A stretch of 64,000 nt of DNA from a virus (Duplodnaviria > Caudoviricetes): the IMG/VR virus record IMGVR_UViG_3300020577_006613, positions 36,329 through 100,328 of that record; one strand, 5' to 3'. Shown piece by piece: positions 55,247 to 63,936 of the stretch. Both the position numbers and the translations under genes were made by a program. Below the pieces are notes generated by a model, which was given only the letters and a program-made list of their open reading frames with translations, searched no databases and was not told the origin of the DNA. How positions within the stretch are numbered: the stretch's first letter is position 1; every line of letters starts with the position of its first letter.

Positions 55247-55909
55247 ATGCGAGTACGAAAAGTTGAAGTAGATTGGGGAACAGGTAAAGCTTCATTGGAT
55301 TGTCGCAATGAGAGTGGCAGGCCTTTGCCCATAGTTGGTCTTCATGGGCCTAATGCGTCTGGCAAGACAATGTTGATGAGGGCTGTGACAAGAAGCATAT
55401 CTGCAAGCGTTGGCAGGGATATGGCTTTTCTTGACTGGAACAAGATAAAAGCTACGGTTGAGCTTGATTTGGGTTCAACCATTGCTACCTGCGTTATTGA
55501 TGCAGGAAATGTCAAGCAAAGGCTTGTTGGCGTAGACATGAAGGTTTCGTATCCGAACTTGACGGATGGGGCCATGTTCTACGAATATGGGATGAGGGCG
55601 TATATTGCTCATATAAACGTAACCGAGCTTTCTTTTGCAGAAAGTGTCATGAAGCCTATCCTGGAAGACTTATACAAAGGTAAAATCCGCAATTCGGTTA
55701 TCTGGGTAGATGACTTCAGTAGGGGTTTGGATGATTCTGTTGCGCGGGATTTTTTACAAGTCTTGACAAAGAAGAGCATGGAAGGCGACAATCAGTTGAT
55801 TGTTAGCACTGAGCGGGAGAGTTTGTTGGTTGGTATGGGACCAGAGAGTTGGCGTCCACTGCGCGGCTCGGGCACGAACTTGGTCTCCACTGTTTTGAAG
55901 CGTTTGTGA
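55247..55909 (+). CDS. ABC/AAA-type ATPase (compact)
   Basis: GPNASGKT Walker A, IWVDD Walker B, QLIVST. Confidence 0.7.
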   Translation: MRVRKVEVDWGTGKASLDCRNESGRPLPIVGLHGPNASGKTMLMRAVTRSISASVGRDMAFLDWNKIKATVELDLGSTIATCVIDAGNVKQRLVGVDMKVSYPNLTDGAMFYEYGMRAYIAHINVTELSFAESVMKPILEDLYKGKIRNSVIWVDDFSRGLDDSVARDFLQVLTKKSMEGDNQLIVSTERESLLVGMGPESWRPLRGSGTNLVSTVLKRL

Positions 55910-55938
55910 AATATATTCTTCTTAAGAAGAATATATTT
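55909..55938. repeat. perfect 30-bp palindrome
   Basis: AAATATATTCTTCTT|AAGAAGAATATATTT. Confidence 0.95.
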
Positions 55939-55964
55939 AGAGTGGCGATCCACTGCGCAGTCAT

Positions 55965-56705
55965 TTAAGTAAACTTATACTCTCGATCTTGAAGTTCTTG
56001 AACTTCTTTGAGGAAGTCATTTTTATCTGTTGTTACTTTGAAGCGGAGGCCTGTGTTAAGTCTTACGAGGTTTTCGACTAGGCGTGCGATGCGATTAGAG
56101 CCATCGTTGAAAGGTTTGATGCAGCAGATGCGTAGGCAGAGGGTGTGTGCTGTTCTTTCTAAGATTTTCCAATCTTGGAGTTCGAGCATTCTGGGGTTAG
56201 AGAGGTTATCTTTGTACTTATCATGCACTGCGCAGAATTCTTGGAAGGCTTGGGCGAGGAGGGGTTTGATTTGGTCGGGAGGGGGCATAAGTCTGTCTCC
56301 CACCTTCTTATCATCTGTTCTATAGAAACCCAGTTCTGAGATTGATGGGTAGTCAATGGCGTTGAGGAGCTTCTCTCCTTCTTTCGCGAAATCAAACAAC
56401 AGGTTCCTATGAAGATAAACGAACCAGTTAAACTTCTTATCAAAGTTTGCAGGAGTAATTGAAGAAGCTGGTGGTAGCAGGTCAGGGTTACTGGCAAGTT
56501 CGATGATCCAGTCAAGCGCTCGTTGTTGACCTTTGACGGCTGGTTTGATTTTGGTTGGGATGAGGAGTTGAGCTTCAATCTCTTCGTACTTCATGACGAT
56601 GCGTTCAAATGAGTTTGAGTGCATTATGAAGTTGATCTTTTCTTCCGGCGAAATATCGGGGAAGAGTCGCTTATCGAAATCTGTTAGGGGGATGAGTTCG
56701 TCCAT
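55965..56705 (-). CDS. Fic-domain protein with degenerate active site
   Basis: HSNSFE, LHR.L, G.YR, KPFNDGSNRIARL. Confidence 0.8.
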   Translation of the reverse strand: MDELIPLTDFDKRLFPDISPEEKINFIMHSNSFERIVMKYEEIEAQLLIPTKIKPAVKGQQRALDWIIELASNPDLLPPASSITPANFDKKFNWFVYLHRNLLFDFAKEGEKLLNAIDYPSISELGFYRTDDKKVGDRLMPPPDQIKPLLAQAFQEFCAVHDKYKDNLSNPRMLELQDWKILERTAHTLCLRICCIKPFNDGSNRIARLVENLVRLNTGLRFKVTTDKNDFLKEVQELQDREYKFT

Positions 56706-56950
56706 AGACACTATATCGACGGAATGGTTATGAGTGGAGTAGGGCGAAATGGTTATGGGTGGAAGGCTTTTTGGGGCAAATACGGGCGCTGAGAACGAGA
56801 AACAGTCTAAAGTTCCTAAAGATGAGATTTGGATAGACTATGGGTAGGGAAATGGACGGACTTGAAATTCTTGCAGGTGCAGGTGTAGAATGTGACGGCC
56901 TATGCTTGGGGGCTGTTGGAAGAGGCCCTCATTTTGTTGGAGACGTTCAA

Positions 56951-57631
56951 ATGGGAAAAGTCAACGGAAGACAGGTATATCTGGATGTAGCAACTCATGC
57001 CAATGTACCTGTCAACGAGCGTAAGGCAGTTGTGAATGGTCGTGGCGGCGAGCGTAAGATTCCTCGCCGTTATCATTTGCAGGCTGACGAGATTGTTGCG
57101 TTGCGTAATCAGATGCAGGAAGAGGGAAAGTTCATTTCTCCTTACGGTACTGGTCGCATCTACACATACATCATTGAGTCATTGGTGAGTTTGGGCGCTG
57201 GCAAGGCTCACGACTTCAATCTTGTGTACGACAAGTTCAAGGAGCTTGCGTCTTCGGAGAAAACTCGGAACGCTTTGGGCAAGACGTTGTGGGATCGTTT
57301 TGCGGACAAGGAAGTACGGAACATTGAAACTGGTCGGGACGCAATGGGCAAGTTCATGCAGAATCTTGAGGTTTTGCAGCGGCTCGGCGGCGACCATCCG
57401 TATGCGTTCAAGTTGGCTCAGGTTGGCGCATGCATTGACATCTTGACTGATCAGAATCAGCAGGTTCGGGTGCAGTTGCGTACTGGTATTGCTGACGGTG
57501 ACATCGTGAAGCCTGTGAACACGAATCGTCGTCGCAACTACACGAAGACGGTAGATTCGGTTTTTGCGGGCATGATTATCCCTGGGCAGGCGGCTGCTGA
57601 GCTTGCGAAAGACGCTGAAGAGCAGTCCTAA
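56951..57631 (+). CDS. hypothetical protein
   Basis: GGAG RBS; sigma70-like TTGAAA(56862)-18-TAGAAT upstream. Confidence 0.75.
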   Translation: MGKVNGRQVYLDVATHANVPVNERKAVVNGRGGERKIPRRYHLQADEIVALRNQMQEEGKFISPYGTGRIYTYIIESLVSLGAGKAHDFNLVYDKFKELASSEKTRNALGKTLWDRFADKEVRNIETGRDAMGKFMQNLEVLQRLGGDHPYAFKLAQVGACIDILTDQNQQVRVQLRTGIADGDIVKPVNTNRRRNYTKTVDSVFAGMIIPGQAAAELAKDAEEQS

Positions 57632-57799
57632 AGGTCTTTGTTTTGAAACCCCCAACCCTCGTCCTTGGGTGTTCCTTGGGCGGGGGTTTTTTCATTGTTG
57701 GAAGTGGGGGCTAGACTTTCTCTTTGGAACCATCAAGGGTCAAGCGTCAGGCACGGTTGCCTTGCGTTAGGTTATTCCTTGGAAGGAACGGGCTACAAT

Positions 57800-58837
57800 A
57801 TGGGAAGAGTGAGTAAGTCAGTAACTGCTGATCAGGGTGCAACTCTGAACAATGAGCAGCGGATCAATCTTCTTTTGCAGCAGAGCAGCGACAACGACAC
57901 TGTGATGTATGTGCTTTGCCGTCTGAAGCCGAACTTGGCGGCTATTGAGGACGACAAGCAGCGAGCATCTCTTGCCGCGAAATTTCACATTGAGACGCCG
58001 GCTTTTGATCAGATGTTTCGTCAGCGGTTGTTGGAGCAGATCCGCAAATGCAAGAGCAAGATGAATCGAGATCTTCATGAGCTTCAGATCCATGAATCTC
58101 TTCAGGAGGATGACGGTCAAGCTCGGGAGTTGTCGGACATCCCTGTTATCGAGATTCCTCGTTTCAATCTTGGGATTGAGAGCCTGAACAAGTTGTTGGG
58201 GCAAGACCCTACGACTGGTGATTACGGAATGCCTTATGGTTGTTGCGCGATCTTTGGGGCATCAAGAGGAGTTGGCAAGACTCGTTTGATGGTGCAAGTT
58301 GCTGCGGCGGTTGGGAATCCTCTTAGCACTGAAGACGAGTTCGGCAACAACGGCGTGTTGTACATCCAGAACGAGGAGAAGCTTGAGGTTTTTCGCAGTC
58401 GGTATGCTCAGTCTTGGAGCGACGAGCATCGCATTTTGCTGTCGAACTCTGACGACCTTCTTCAGCATGCAGCACTGATCGACAAGCATCGTCCTCGGCT
58501 CATTGTTATTGACTCGATTCAGGACACTCGCCAAGCTCGTTTGTCGGCGGGGACCGTCAACATGCTGAAGACGTACAAGGCGATTGCGACGAGTTCGAAA
58601 TGCTCGTTCATCCTCATCAGCCATCTTACGACGAAGGGTACATTGAAGGGCGGTACTTACCCTGGGCATAAGGTGGACATTGAGCTTGTTGCTCGGAAGA
58701 AGGCGAAGAGCAGTCCTATCTTTTCGGTTCTCTGCCCTGAGAAGAACCGTTACGGGCCGAGCGGGATTGCTGCGGATTTCGTCCATCTTGAGAGGGGCAT
58801 CAGATCGACGGGCGACATTTACTCTATCGAGGAGTAG
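57800..58837 (+). CDS. radA: RadA/Sms-like RecA-family ATPase (no Zn finger, no Lon-like CTD)
   Basis: GASRGVGKT, LYIQNEE, IVIDSIQ, SHLT.KG.L.G, HKVD, KNRYG. Confidence 0.75.
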   Translation: MGRVSKSVTADQGATLNNEQRINLLLQQSSDNDTVMYVLCRLKPNLAAIEDDKQRASLAAKFHIETPAFDQMFRQRLLEQIRKCKSKMNRDLHELQIHESLQEDDGQARELSDIPVIEIPRFNLGIESLNKLLGQDPTTGDYGMPYGCCAIFGASRGVGKTRLMVQVAAAVGNPLSTEDEFGNNGVLYIQNEEKLEVFRSRYAQSWSDEHRILLSNSDDLLQHAALIDKHRPRLIVIDSIQDTRQARLSAGTVNMLKTYKAIATSSKCSFILISHLTTKGTLKGGTYPGHKVDIELVARKKAKSSPIFSVLCPEKNRYGPSGIAADFVHLERGIRSTGDIYSIEE

Positions 58838-58866
58838 GTAGGTGTTAGGTCGGTAATAAAAAGCGG

Positions 58867-59026
58867 GGCTAGACTTTCTGATGACAAATATGTAGAGTCC
58901 TACTTGACGGTTTGAGAGGTTGGTTCTAAAGTAGGTCATCAGAAGTTCAGGGCTAGACTTTCTAGACGAGTTTGATAGAGGTAAGACTTCAGAAAAACGG
59001 CCAAACAAAAACAACGGCTAGACTTT
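58867..59026 (+). promoter_or_regulatory. promoter cluster: three 11-mers plus sigma70-like TTGACG-17-TAAAGT
   Basis: 11-mers at 58867, 58951, 59016, each followed 13-15 nt later by TAGAG; TTGACG 58904 / TAAAGT 58927. Confidence 0.7.
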
Positions 59027-59117
59027 CTGAAGAGTTTCGTAGAGAGGGCAGTTAGCAACGGCGAAAGGTAGTAACCGATGCTGAAGCCCAAGACAAGCCT
59101 TGTTAGGAGAAAAAAAC

Positions 59118-59639
59118 ATGGCTGATCAGAATGGCAACGGCAACGGTTCGGTTCAGACTTTGATTGCGACGGCGACGGCGGCTGCGGCTGCTCTGTCGGA
59201 GGCGAATGCGGCGGCTCTCTCGGCTGCCCAGGCGCGTCTGACGGAAATCGACGCTGAGCGGGAGACGCTGGTTGCGACCATCGCCACCCTCGGCGGCGAG
59301 ACCGCGACCCCCCGCAAGGGTCGGAAGGTCCGCAAGGCTGCGAAGGCGGCTCGGACGGGCAAGCGGGCCACGAACAGCGTTTCGCTCCGCGAGGCGGTTG
59401 CTCGGGCGCTGAGCGACAAGCCCCAGTCTCCGACCGACATTCAGGAGGCGGTGGTCAAGGGGGGCTACAAGACTTCCAGCCCCAACTTCGCTCAGATGGT
59501 GGCGCAGCACCTGTCGAACCTCGGCGGTCTGCGGATGGGCAAGTCGCCCGTTGCGGTCAACGAGGACCGCGGCCTTTGGACGGCGGGCAGCGGCATGGAG
59601 CGCTACCTTGCTGACCCCTCGGCGGCTGTCGAGGCCTAA
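59118..59639 (+). CDS. coiled-coil + basic linker + winged-HTH (nucleoid/HARE-HTH-like) protein
   Basis: SLREAVARAL...SPTDIQEAV..GGYKTSSPNF..MV.Q.L...RGLW; AGGAG RBS; GC-rich codons. Confidence 0.75.
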   Translation: MADQNGNGNGSVQTLIATATAAAAALSEANAAALSAAQARLTEIDAERETLVATIATLGGETATPRKGRKVRKAAKAARTGKRATNSVSLREAVARALSDKPQSPTDIQEAVVKGGYKTSSPNFAQMVAQHLSNLGGLRMGKSPVAVNEDRGLWTAGSGMERYLADPSAAVEA

Positions 59640-59672
59640 TCGAGGCCTCTGAACGAGAGAGTTCGTTTCCCC

Positions 59673-59705
59673 AAGACCCCTTCTCACGGAGGGGTCTTTT
59701 CTTTT
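59673..59705 (+). terminator. intrinsic terminator
   Basis: AAGACCCCTTC-TCAC-GGAGGGGTCTT-TTCTTTT. Confidence 0.85.
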
Positions 59706-59778
59706 GCGCGAAAACGGAAGGCTAGACTTTTTCTCAAAGACTCTAGAATGTCAACCCTATTACGGAGCAATCTTCACT

Positions 59779-61437
59779 ATGAGACAGGTCAGCGTTCCCA
59801 AGGAGTTCTTTGTCAAGGAAAGGCGTATGTACTCCAACTGGCGTTTTGCCTTTTGGAGGGAGTTTTTCCAGAACTCGACTGATGCTCACGCTTCTCGCAT
59901 CCGTATCTTCCTGAGTCAGGATGCTCATAACAACATTACCGTCATCTTCGAAGACAACGGCTCTGGTATGAGTCGAGAGGTCTTGGAGAACGTCTACTTC
60001 AGTCTTGGGGCGTCAACGAAGACTGGCGGCGAGACGGTGGGCGGCTTTGGTCGCGCCCGCATCTTGACCTGTTTCTCGATGAAGAGTTACGAGATCCATA
60101 CCCAGACCAACTTGGTCAAGGGCAACGGCGGCGCTTACGATATTGAGGATGCTCCTCAGTTCGATGGCTGCAAGATTACCGTTGAGATGGAGAACGAGAG
60201 CTATAACGACTTGAAGGCGGCTCTTGATGAGTATTTGTCTCAGAGTCAGCTTGCATGTCGGGTCATCATTAACGACCAGGCATGGACGACTTGGAGCTAT
60301 CGTCGTCAGTTGACTCGTACCCTTGATTTGAGCGGAACTCCGTTTGCCAAGGTGTATGTTAACAAGACGGCTGCTAACAATCGCTTGTTGGTTCGTGTGA
60401 ATGGGACTGTTATGTACAGTCAGTACACTCGGGCCAAGGCGCAGGTGATTGTTGAGGTTGATTCTTCTGTTGCTCGCGAAGTTTTGAATGCTAACCGGGA
60501 CGGCATGCATTACAAGTATGCTGCCGTTTTGTCTGCCTTCATTGACGAGCTTGCGACGGATACGGATAGCGCTTTGCGTTCTCGGCTGAAGAACAAGAGC
60601 GCCACCATTCGGGGTAAGGGTCTTCTTGTTGCTCTTCGCAAGAGGGATGAGCAGAAGGTTGCAGCGGCTCTGAAGGCTGCCGTAGATCTGAAGGCTGCCG
60701 TAGATCTGCCTCAAGTTCCCGTTGAGCAGATGGTTGCAGCGCCGGGTCACAAGCTCGTTTTGCAGGGCCAGGGTTCGTTGGCTGATGTTCGAGACGTTCG
60801 GAGGGCTGCTGAGCTTCAGTCTGTTCCTATCGCTGAGATTACGGGAGACCTTGATGGGCTTCAGCTTGTTCCCAAGGCTGTGGTTCCTGTCAAGACGGAA
60901 CTTGAAGTCGGCGAGCGTTACCTGACGAATTTGCCTGATGTTTTCATTGTTGATGATACGGAAAACGAGGCTATTCGCAAGGTAATGGACTCGTACAACC
61001 CTGAGAACTGGGTGGTTGGTCAGACGCAGGGCAAGAAGTACAACAAGGGCGGCAATCTGTACAAGCTGTTGATGTTGTGGAAGGTTGCATGTCAGCATGC
61101 GATTGATGCGTACATGAGCATCCACAAGGAGCAGAAGCAGATCTCATGGGGTCTTGGTTGGCTCTTCGCTGATGATGCGGAGGCCAAGTGCGAGCCGGTG
61201 GCTGGCGGTCATGCTCTTCTCCTCAACCCTGTTGATGGCGAGGGCCGTCTGAAGTTCAGTCTTCGTTCGAGGAAGGATCAGAAGAGGCTGATGGCGATTG
61301 CGAAGCATGAGGTGACTCATTTGGCTTTCTCTTACCATGATGAGTCTTTTGCGAAGCTCATGACGGAGATTGACGGCTCTTACGACGAGAAGACCGTTTT
61401 CCGTCAGATGTCTGAGCAGTTGGGCGAGGTTGGCTGA
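59779..61437 (+). CDS. GHKL ATPase with C-terminal HExxH domain
   Basis: REFFQNSTDA, EDNGSGM, GGFGRA; KHEVTH...YHDESF. Confidence 0.75.
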   Translation: MRQVSVPKEFFVKERRMYSNWRFAFWREFFQNSTDAHASRIRIFLSQDAHNNITVIFEDNGSGMSREVLENVYFSLGASTKTGGETVGGFGRARILTCFSMKSYEIHTQTNLVKGNGGAYDIEDAPQFDGCKITVEMENESYNDLKAALDEYLSQSQLACRVIINDQAWTTWSYRRQLTRTLDLSGTPFAKVYVNKTAANNRLLVRVNGTVMYSQYTRAKAQVIVEVDSSVAREVLNANRDGMHYKYAAVLSAFIDELATDTDSALRSRLKNKSATIRGKGLLVALRKRDEQKVAAALKAAVDLKAAVDLPQVPVEQMVAAPGHKLVLQGQGSLADVRDVRRAAELQSVPIAEITGDLDGLQLVPKAVVPVKTELEVGERYLTNLPDVFIVDDTENEAIRKVMDSYNPENWVVGQTQGKKYNKGGNLYKLLMLWKVACQHAIDAYMSIHKEQKQISWGLGWLFADDAEAKCEPVAGGHALLLNPVDGEGRLKFSLRSRKDQKRLMAIAKHEVTHLAFSYHDESFAKLMTEIDGSYDEKTVFRQMSEQLGEVG

Positions 61438-61467
61438 TTCTCAGTTCTTTCTCGCAAAAACAGCAAC

Positions 61468-61496
61468 TTGACGGGACAGTAAAAATGAAGTAAACT
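61468..61496 (+). promoter_or_regulatory. sigma70-like promoter
   Basis: TTGACG-17-TAAACT. Confidence 0.55.
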
Positions 61497-61550
61497 CCGC
61501 AAAAAGGGGCGCATGGAAGCTCCCTTTGCCCAAGAAGAACGGATGGAATC

Positions 61551-62147
61551 ATGTTGATCAGCAGTTCAGAAGAGAGAATTCTTGATTCCATTCTGGCCTC
61601 CGCCGGGGCGAGCGCTACCCTGGACAAGTACAGGCTGAAGGAGTTTGCGATTTCTCGCGCAAAAAAGGCGATTCTCCGCAAACACCCTGACTGGGCTGAC
61701 CCGGACAAGGTGGACGATGAGCAGATGAAGCGGCTCATTGACTTGAACCTTCGGATGGATTTTCAGTTCGGAGCGGCTCGGTTGATCGAGGAGTTCATCG
61801 AGGCCTGCAAAGAGCTTCCTCAGACGGTCGAGGCTGTTGAGGTTGTCGAGGTCGTCGAGGTTGCAGCGCCGGCCAAAGAGATCCCAAAAGCCGTCTTGGT
61901 CATGCCCGAAATTCAGAAGGACAAGGACATCGACAAGCCAGTGGCAGGGGTGGTTGGTCGTCGTACTCGGCTTCATTTAGCCTGCGAGCAGGGCAACTAC
62001 GACGAGGTTGTTCGGCTTGTTGAGGTATGTGGGGCAAATGTGAAGGTACGGGACTCCTCGAATTGGACGCCAAGGGATAGGGCGAGGTACAACAACAAGA
62101 CGGAGGCTCATGCTCGAATCTTGGCTTACCTTGAGCGTTTTGATTGA
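61551..62147 (+). CDS. ankyrin-repeat protein
   Basis: RTRLHLACEQGNYDEVVRLV..CGANV..RDSSNWTP. Confidence 0.8.
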   Translation: MLISSSEERILDSILASAGASATLDKYRLKEFAISRAKKAILRKHPDWADPDKVDDEQMKRLIDLNLRMDFQFGAARLIEEFIEACKELPQTVEAVEVVEVVEVAAPAKEIPKAVLVMPEIQKDKDIDKPVAGVVGRRTRLHLACEQGNYDEVVRLVEVCGANVKVRDSSNWTPRDRARYNNKTEAHARILAYLERFD

Positions 62148-62197
62148 GGCTTCACAAGGAAAAGCGGGGCTAGACTTTCGAGCCTAAGATAGGCTAT

Positions 62198-62659
62198 ATG
62201 AAAGATGCATCCTCCAAAACTTCAGGTACAGGACTTGTTCTCTGCTATCTTACTGACGACTGGTTGAGTCGTCCGGTTGATGGGCCGAGGAGCAAGGGCG
62301 AAACGCTTGAATACCGTTACGGTATTACGGCGACAGGATTTGAGTGGAACCTGACCGAGTTCCGTAAGGGAACTCCTCCGCTCATTCGCATCCATGCAAC
62401 AAGGTTTGAGGACTTGGTTCCTTCTTTCAAGACTGAGGCCAATGTGGACCCTTTTGAGGGCATGGCTCGTTGTTTGGCTGCTTTGGAAAAGATTGCGCAA
62501 AAGAAGGCTGTGTTGACCATTCCCGAAAAGGGCAACAAGATTGAGAGAGCGATTGCATTTGCGGCTCTTGTTGACGCTGCGTATGAGACGAACTACGCTA
62601 TCCATGATAATGTGAGAGAGCGGTTCTTTGGAGACGCAGAAGACGATAGCGAAGATTGA
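62198..62659 (+). CDS. hypothetical protein
   Basis: Downstream of 11-mer. Confidence 0.7.
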   Translation: MKDASSKTSGTGLVLCYLTDDWLSRPVDGPRSKGETLEYRYGITATGFEWNLTEFRKGTPPLIRIHATRFEDLVPSFKTEANVDPFEGMARCLAALEKIAQKKAVLTIPEKGNKIERAIAFAALVDAAYETNYAIHDNVRERFFGDAEDDSED

Positions 62660-63108
62660 GTACCATGAAGAAGAGCATTTTCATCACGACGGCCAGGATC
62701 AATGACCCCAGAAATCCTGGGTCATTTATCGACCTTGACATTCACGAGGTTGAAGGCGGTGTCATTGGCATTTCAGCGGACTTCGTTGAGGAAGTAGCCA
62801 ACTATGTGGCAAATCCCTATGCGGACTGTCAGTTGGTGAAGTTGACGGACCCGCAGGGAAATGACGACATTCCTGATCCGCCGTTGGAGGAAGATGAGCT
62901 TGTTGGCTTCTTGAAGATTTTGAACGGTCTTGATAACACCGTTTCGCTTCTTCCTGTTGAGCAGAGGGATATCATCCTGAATGGTATTGCAAAGAGGGTT
63001 GGTCTGTCGAGAGACAGGATTGATGTGCTGCTTGGTTTGGCAAAAGAGACGCTGGACATGGCGGCGCTGAGCGAGTTTACAAGAGTCTTGAAAGATCCGC
63101 AAGCATGA
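62656..63108 (+). CDS. hypothetical protein
   Basis: Coupled; start may be 62665. Confidence 0.7.
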   Translation: MSTMKKSIFITTARINDPRNPGSFIDLDIHEVEGGVIGISADFVEEVANYVANPYADCQLVKLTDPQGNDDIPDPPLEEDELVGFLKILNGLDNTVSLLPVEQRDIILNGIAKRVGLSRDRIDVLLGLAKETLDMAALSEFTRVLKDPQA

Positions 63109-63722
63109 AGGTGACGTTCATTGGTGATGTTCATGGGAAGATGGCTCAGTATGAGCGTCTTCTTTATCGCTTTACGGAGCCGACTATTCAGATCGGCGAC
63201 ATGGGTGTTGGTTTCCGTAAGGACGGCAAATGGATTACCACTGAGGCCTTGGCTGACAAGGACAAGTGGTTTCATGGCAACCATGACGATCCCAAGATGT
63301 GCGAGACTGAGAAGGGCTACCTTGGTCGGTACGGGGTAACTGTCGAGGGCGTCTTCTTTATGGGCGGCGCTTTTTCGGTTGATGCCTTTTACCGTAAGGC
63401 TGGCATTGATTGGTGGCCCAACGAGCAGTTGAACTACGGCGAGATGGAAGAGGCCTTGGAGCTTTACAAGGCGACGAAGCCTGACATCGTTGCTACCCAT
63501 GACTGTCCGAGGAGCATGTATCAGTTCATGCTGAACAGGATTGGGAAGTCTGAAGGCCCACTGTATGAGAACTCAACTTCTCATGTTTTGGAGGCGATGT
63601 TGAGCTTTCATCAGCCGAAGGTTTGGGTCTTCGGTCATTGGCATCGTTCGGTAGATGAGGTGATTGGGAATACTCGTTTCATCTGTTTGAATGAGCTTGA
63701 GCCTGTGACTTTGGAGTGGTAG
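63105..63722 (+). CDS. calcineurin-like metallophosphoesterase
   Basis: GDVHG, GDMG, GNHD, THDCP, FGHWH. Confidence 0.9.
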   Translation: MKVTFIGDVHGKMAQYERLLYRFTEPTIQIGDMGVGFRKDGKWITTEALADKDKWFHGNHDDPKMCETEKGYLGRYGVTVEGVFFMGGAFSVDAFYRKAGIDWWPNEQLNYGEMEEALELYKATKPDIVATHDCPRSMYQFMLNRIGKSEGPLYENSTSHVLEAMLSFHQPKVWVFGHWHRSVDEVIGNTRFICLNELEPVTLEW

Positions 63723-63752
63723 GGCTAGACTTTTGCGCGAAAAGGAAAGTTC

Positions 63753-63899
63753 ATGTACGAACGACCAATCCCCAAGGGCAAGCAGAAGTGTTCGAACCCC
63801 AAGTGCGTAGGAGGGTTTGTTGCGGGCAATCCAAACGGAACCCCAATGCAAGCTCTTCCGAGTGTTTGTCCTACCTGCAAAGGTAAGGGTCACAAGTAA
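63753..63899 (+). CDS. small DnaJ-type Zn-finger protein (48 aa)
   Basis: AAGGA RBS; CSNPKC.GG...CPTCKGKG. Confidence 0.65.
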   Translation: MYERPIPKGKQKCSNPKCVGGFVAGNPNGTPMQALPSVCPTCKGKGHK

Positions 63900-63936
63900 T
63901 CAACACAAAAATCTTTCGTGTTGATTGAAGGAGTTT

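Larger units (their letters stand above)
3414..63733. promoter_or_regulatory. Dispersed conserved gene-boundary 11-mer GGCTAGACTTT (~20 copies), putative phage promoter/regulatory element
   Basis: + copies start at 3414, 6656, 7704, 13474, 27700, 34046, 35497, 43064, 44157, 47062 (..TTC variant), 54403, 57709, 58867, 58951, 59016, 59720, 62168, 63723. - copies at 37963-37973 and 55181-55191. All lie at gene boundaries. Confidence 0.8.

Noticed and set aside
55035-55295. 86-aa minus ORF
   Set aside because: It overlaps the ATPase start and runs through the 11-mer; the region is better explained as a structured RNA.
3414-63733. GGCTAGACTTT as CRISPR repeat or integron attC core (GCTAGAC resembles GTTRRRY)
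   Set aside because: Copies are only 11 bp and irregularly spaced by whole genes. I saw no upstream inverse core or attC-like palindrome, and there is no cas or integrase gene in the window.
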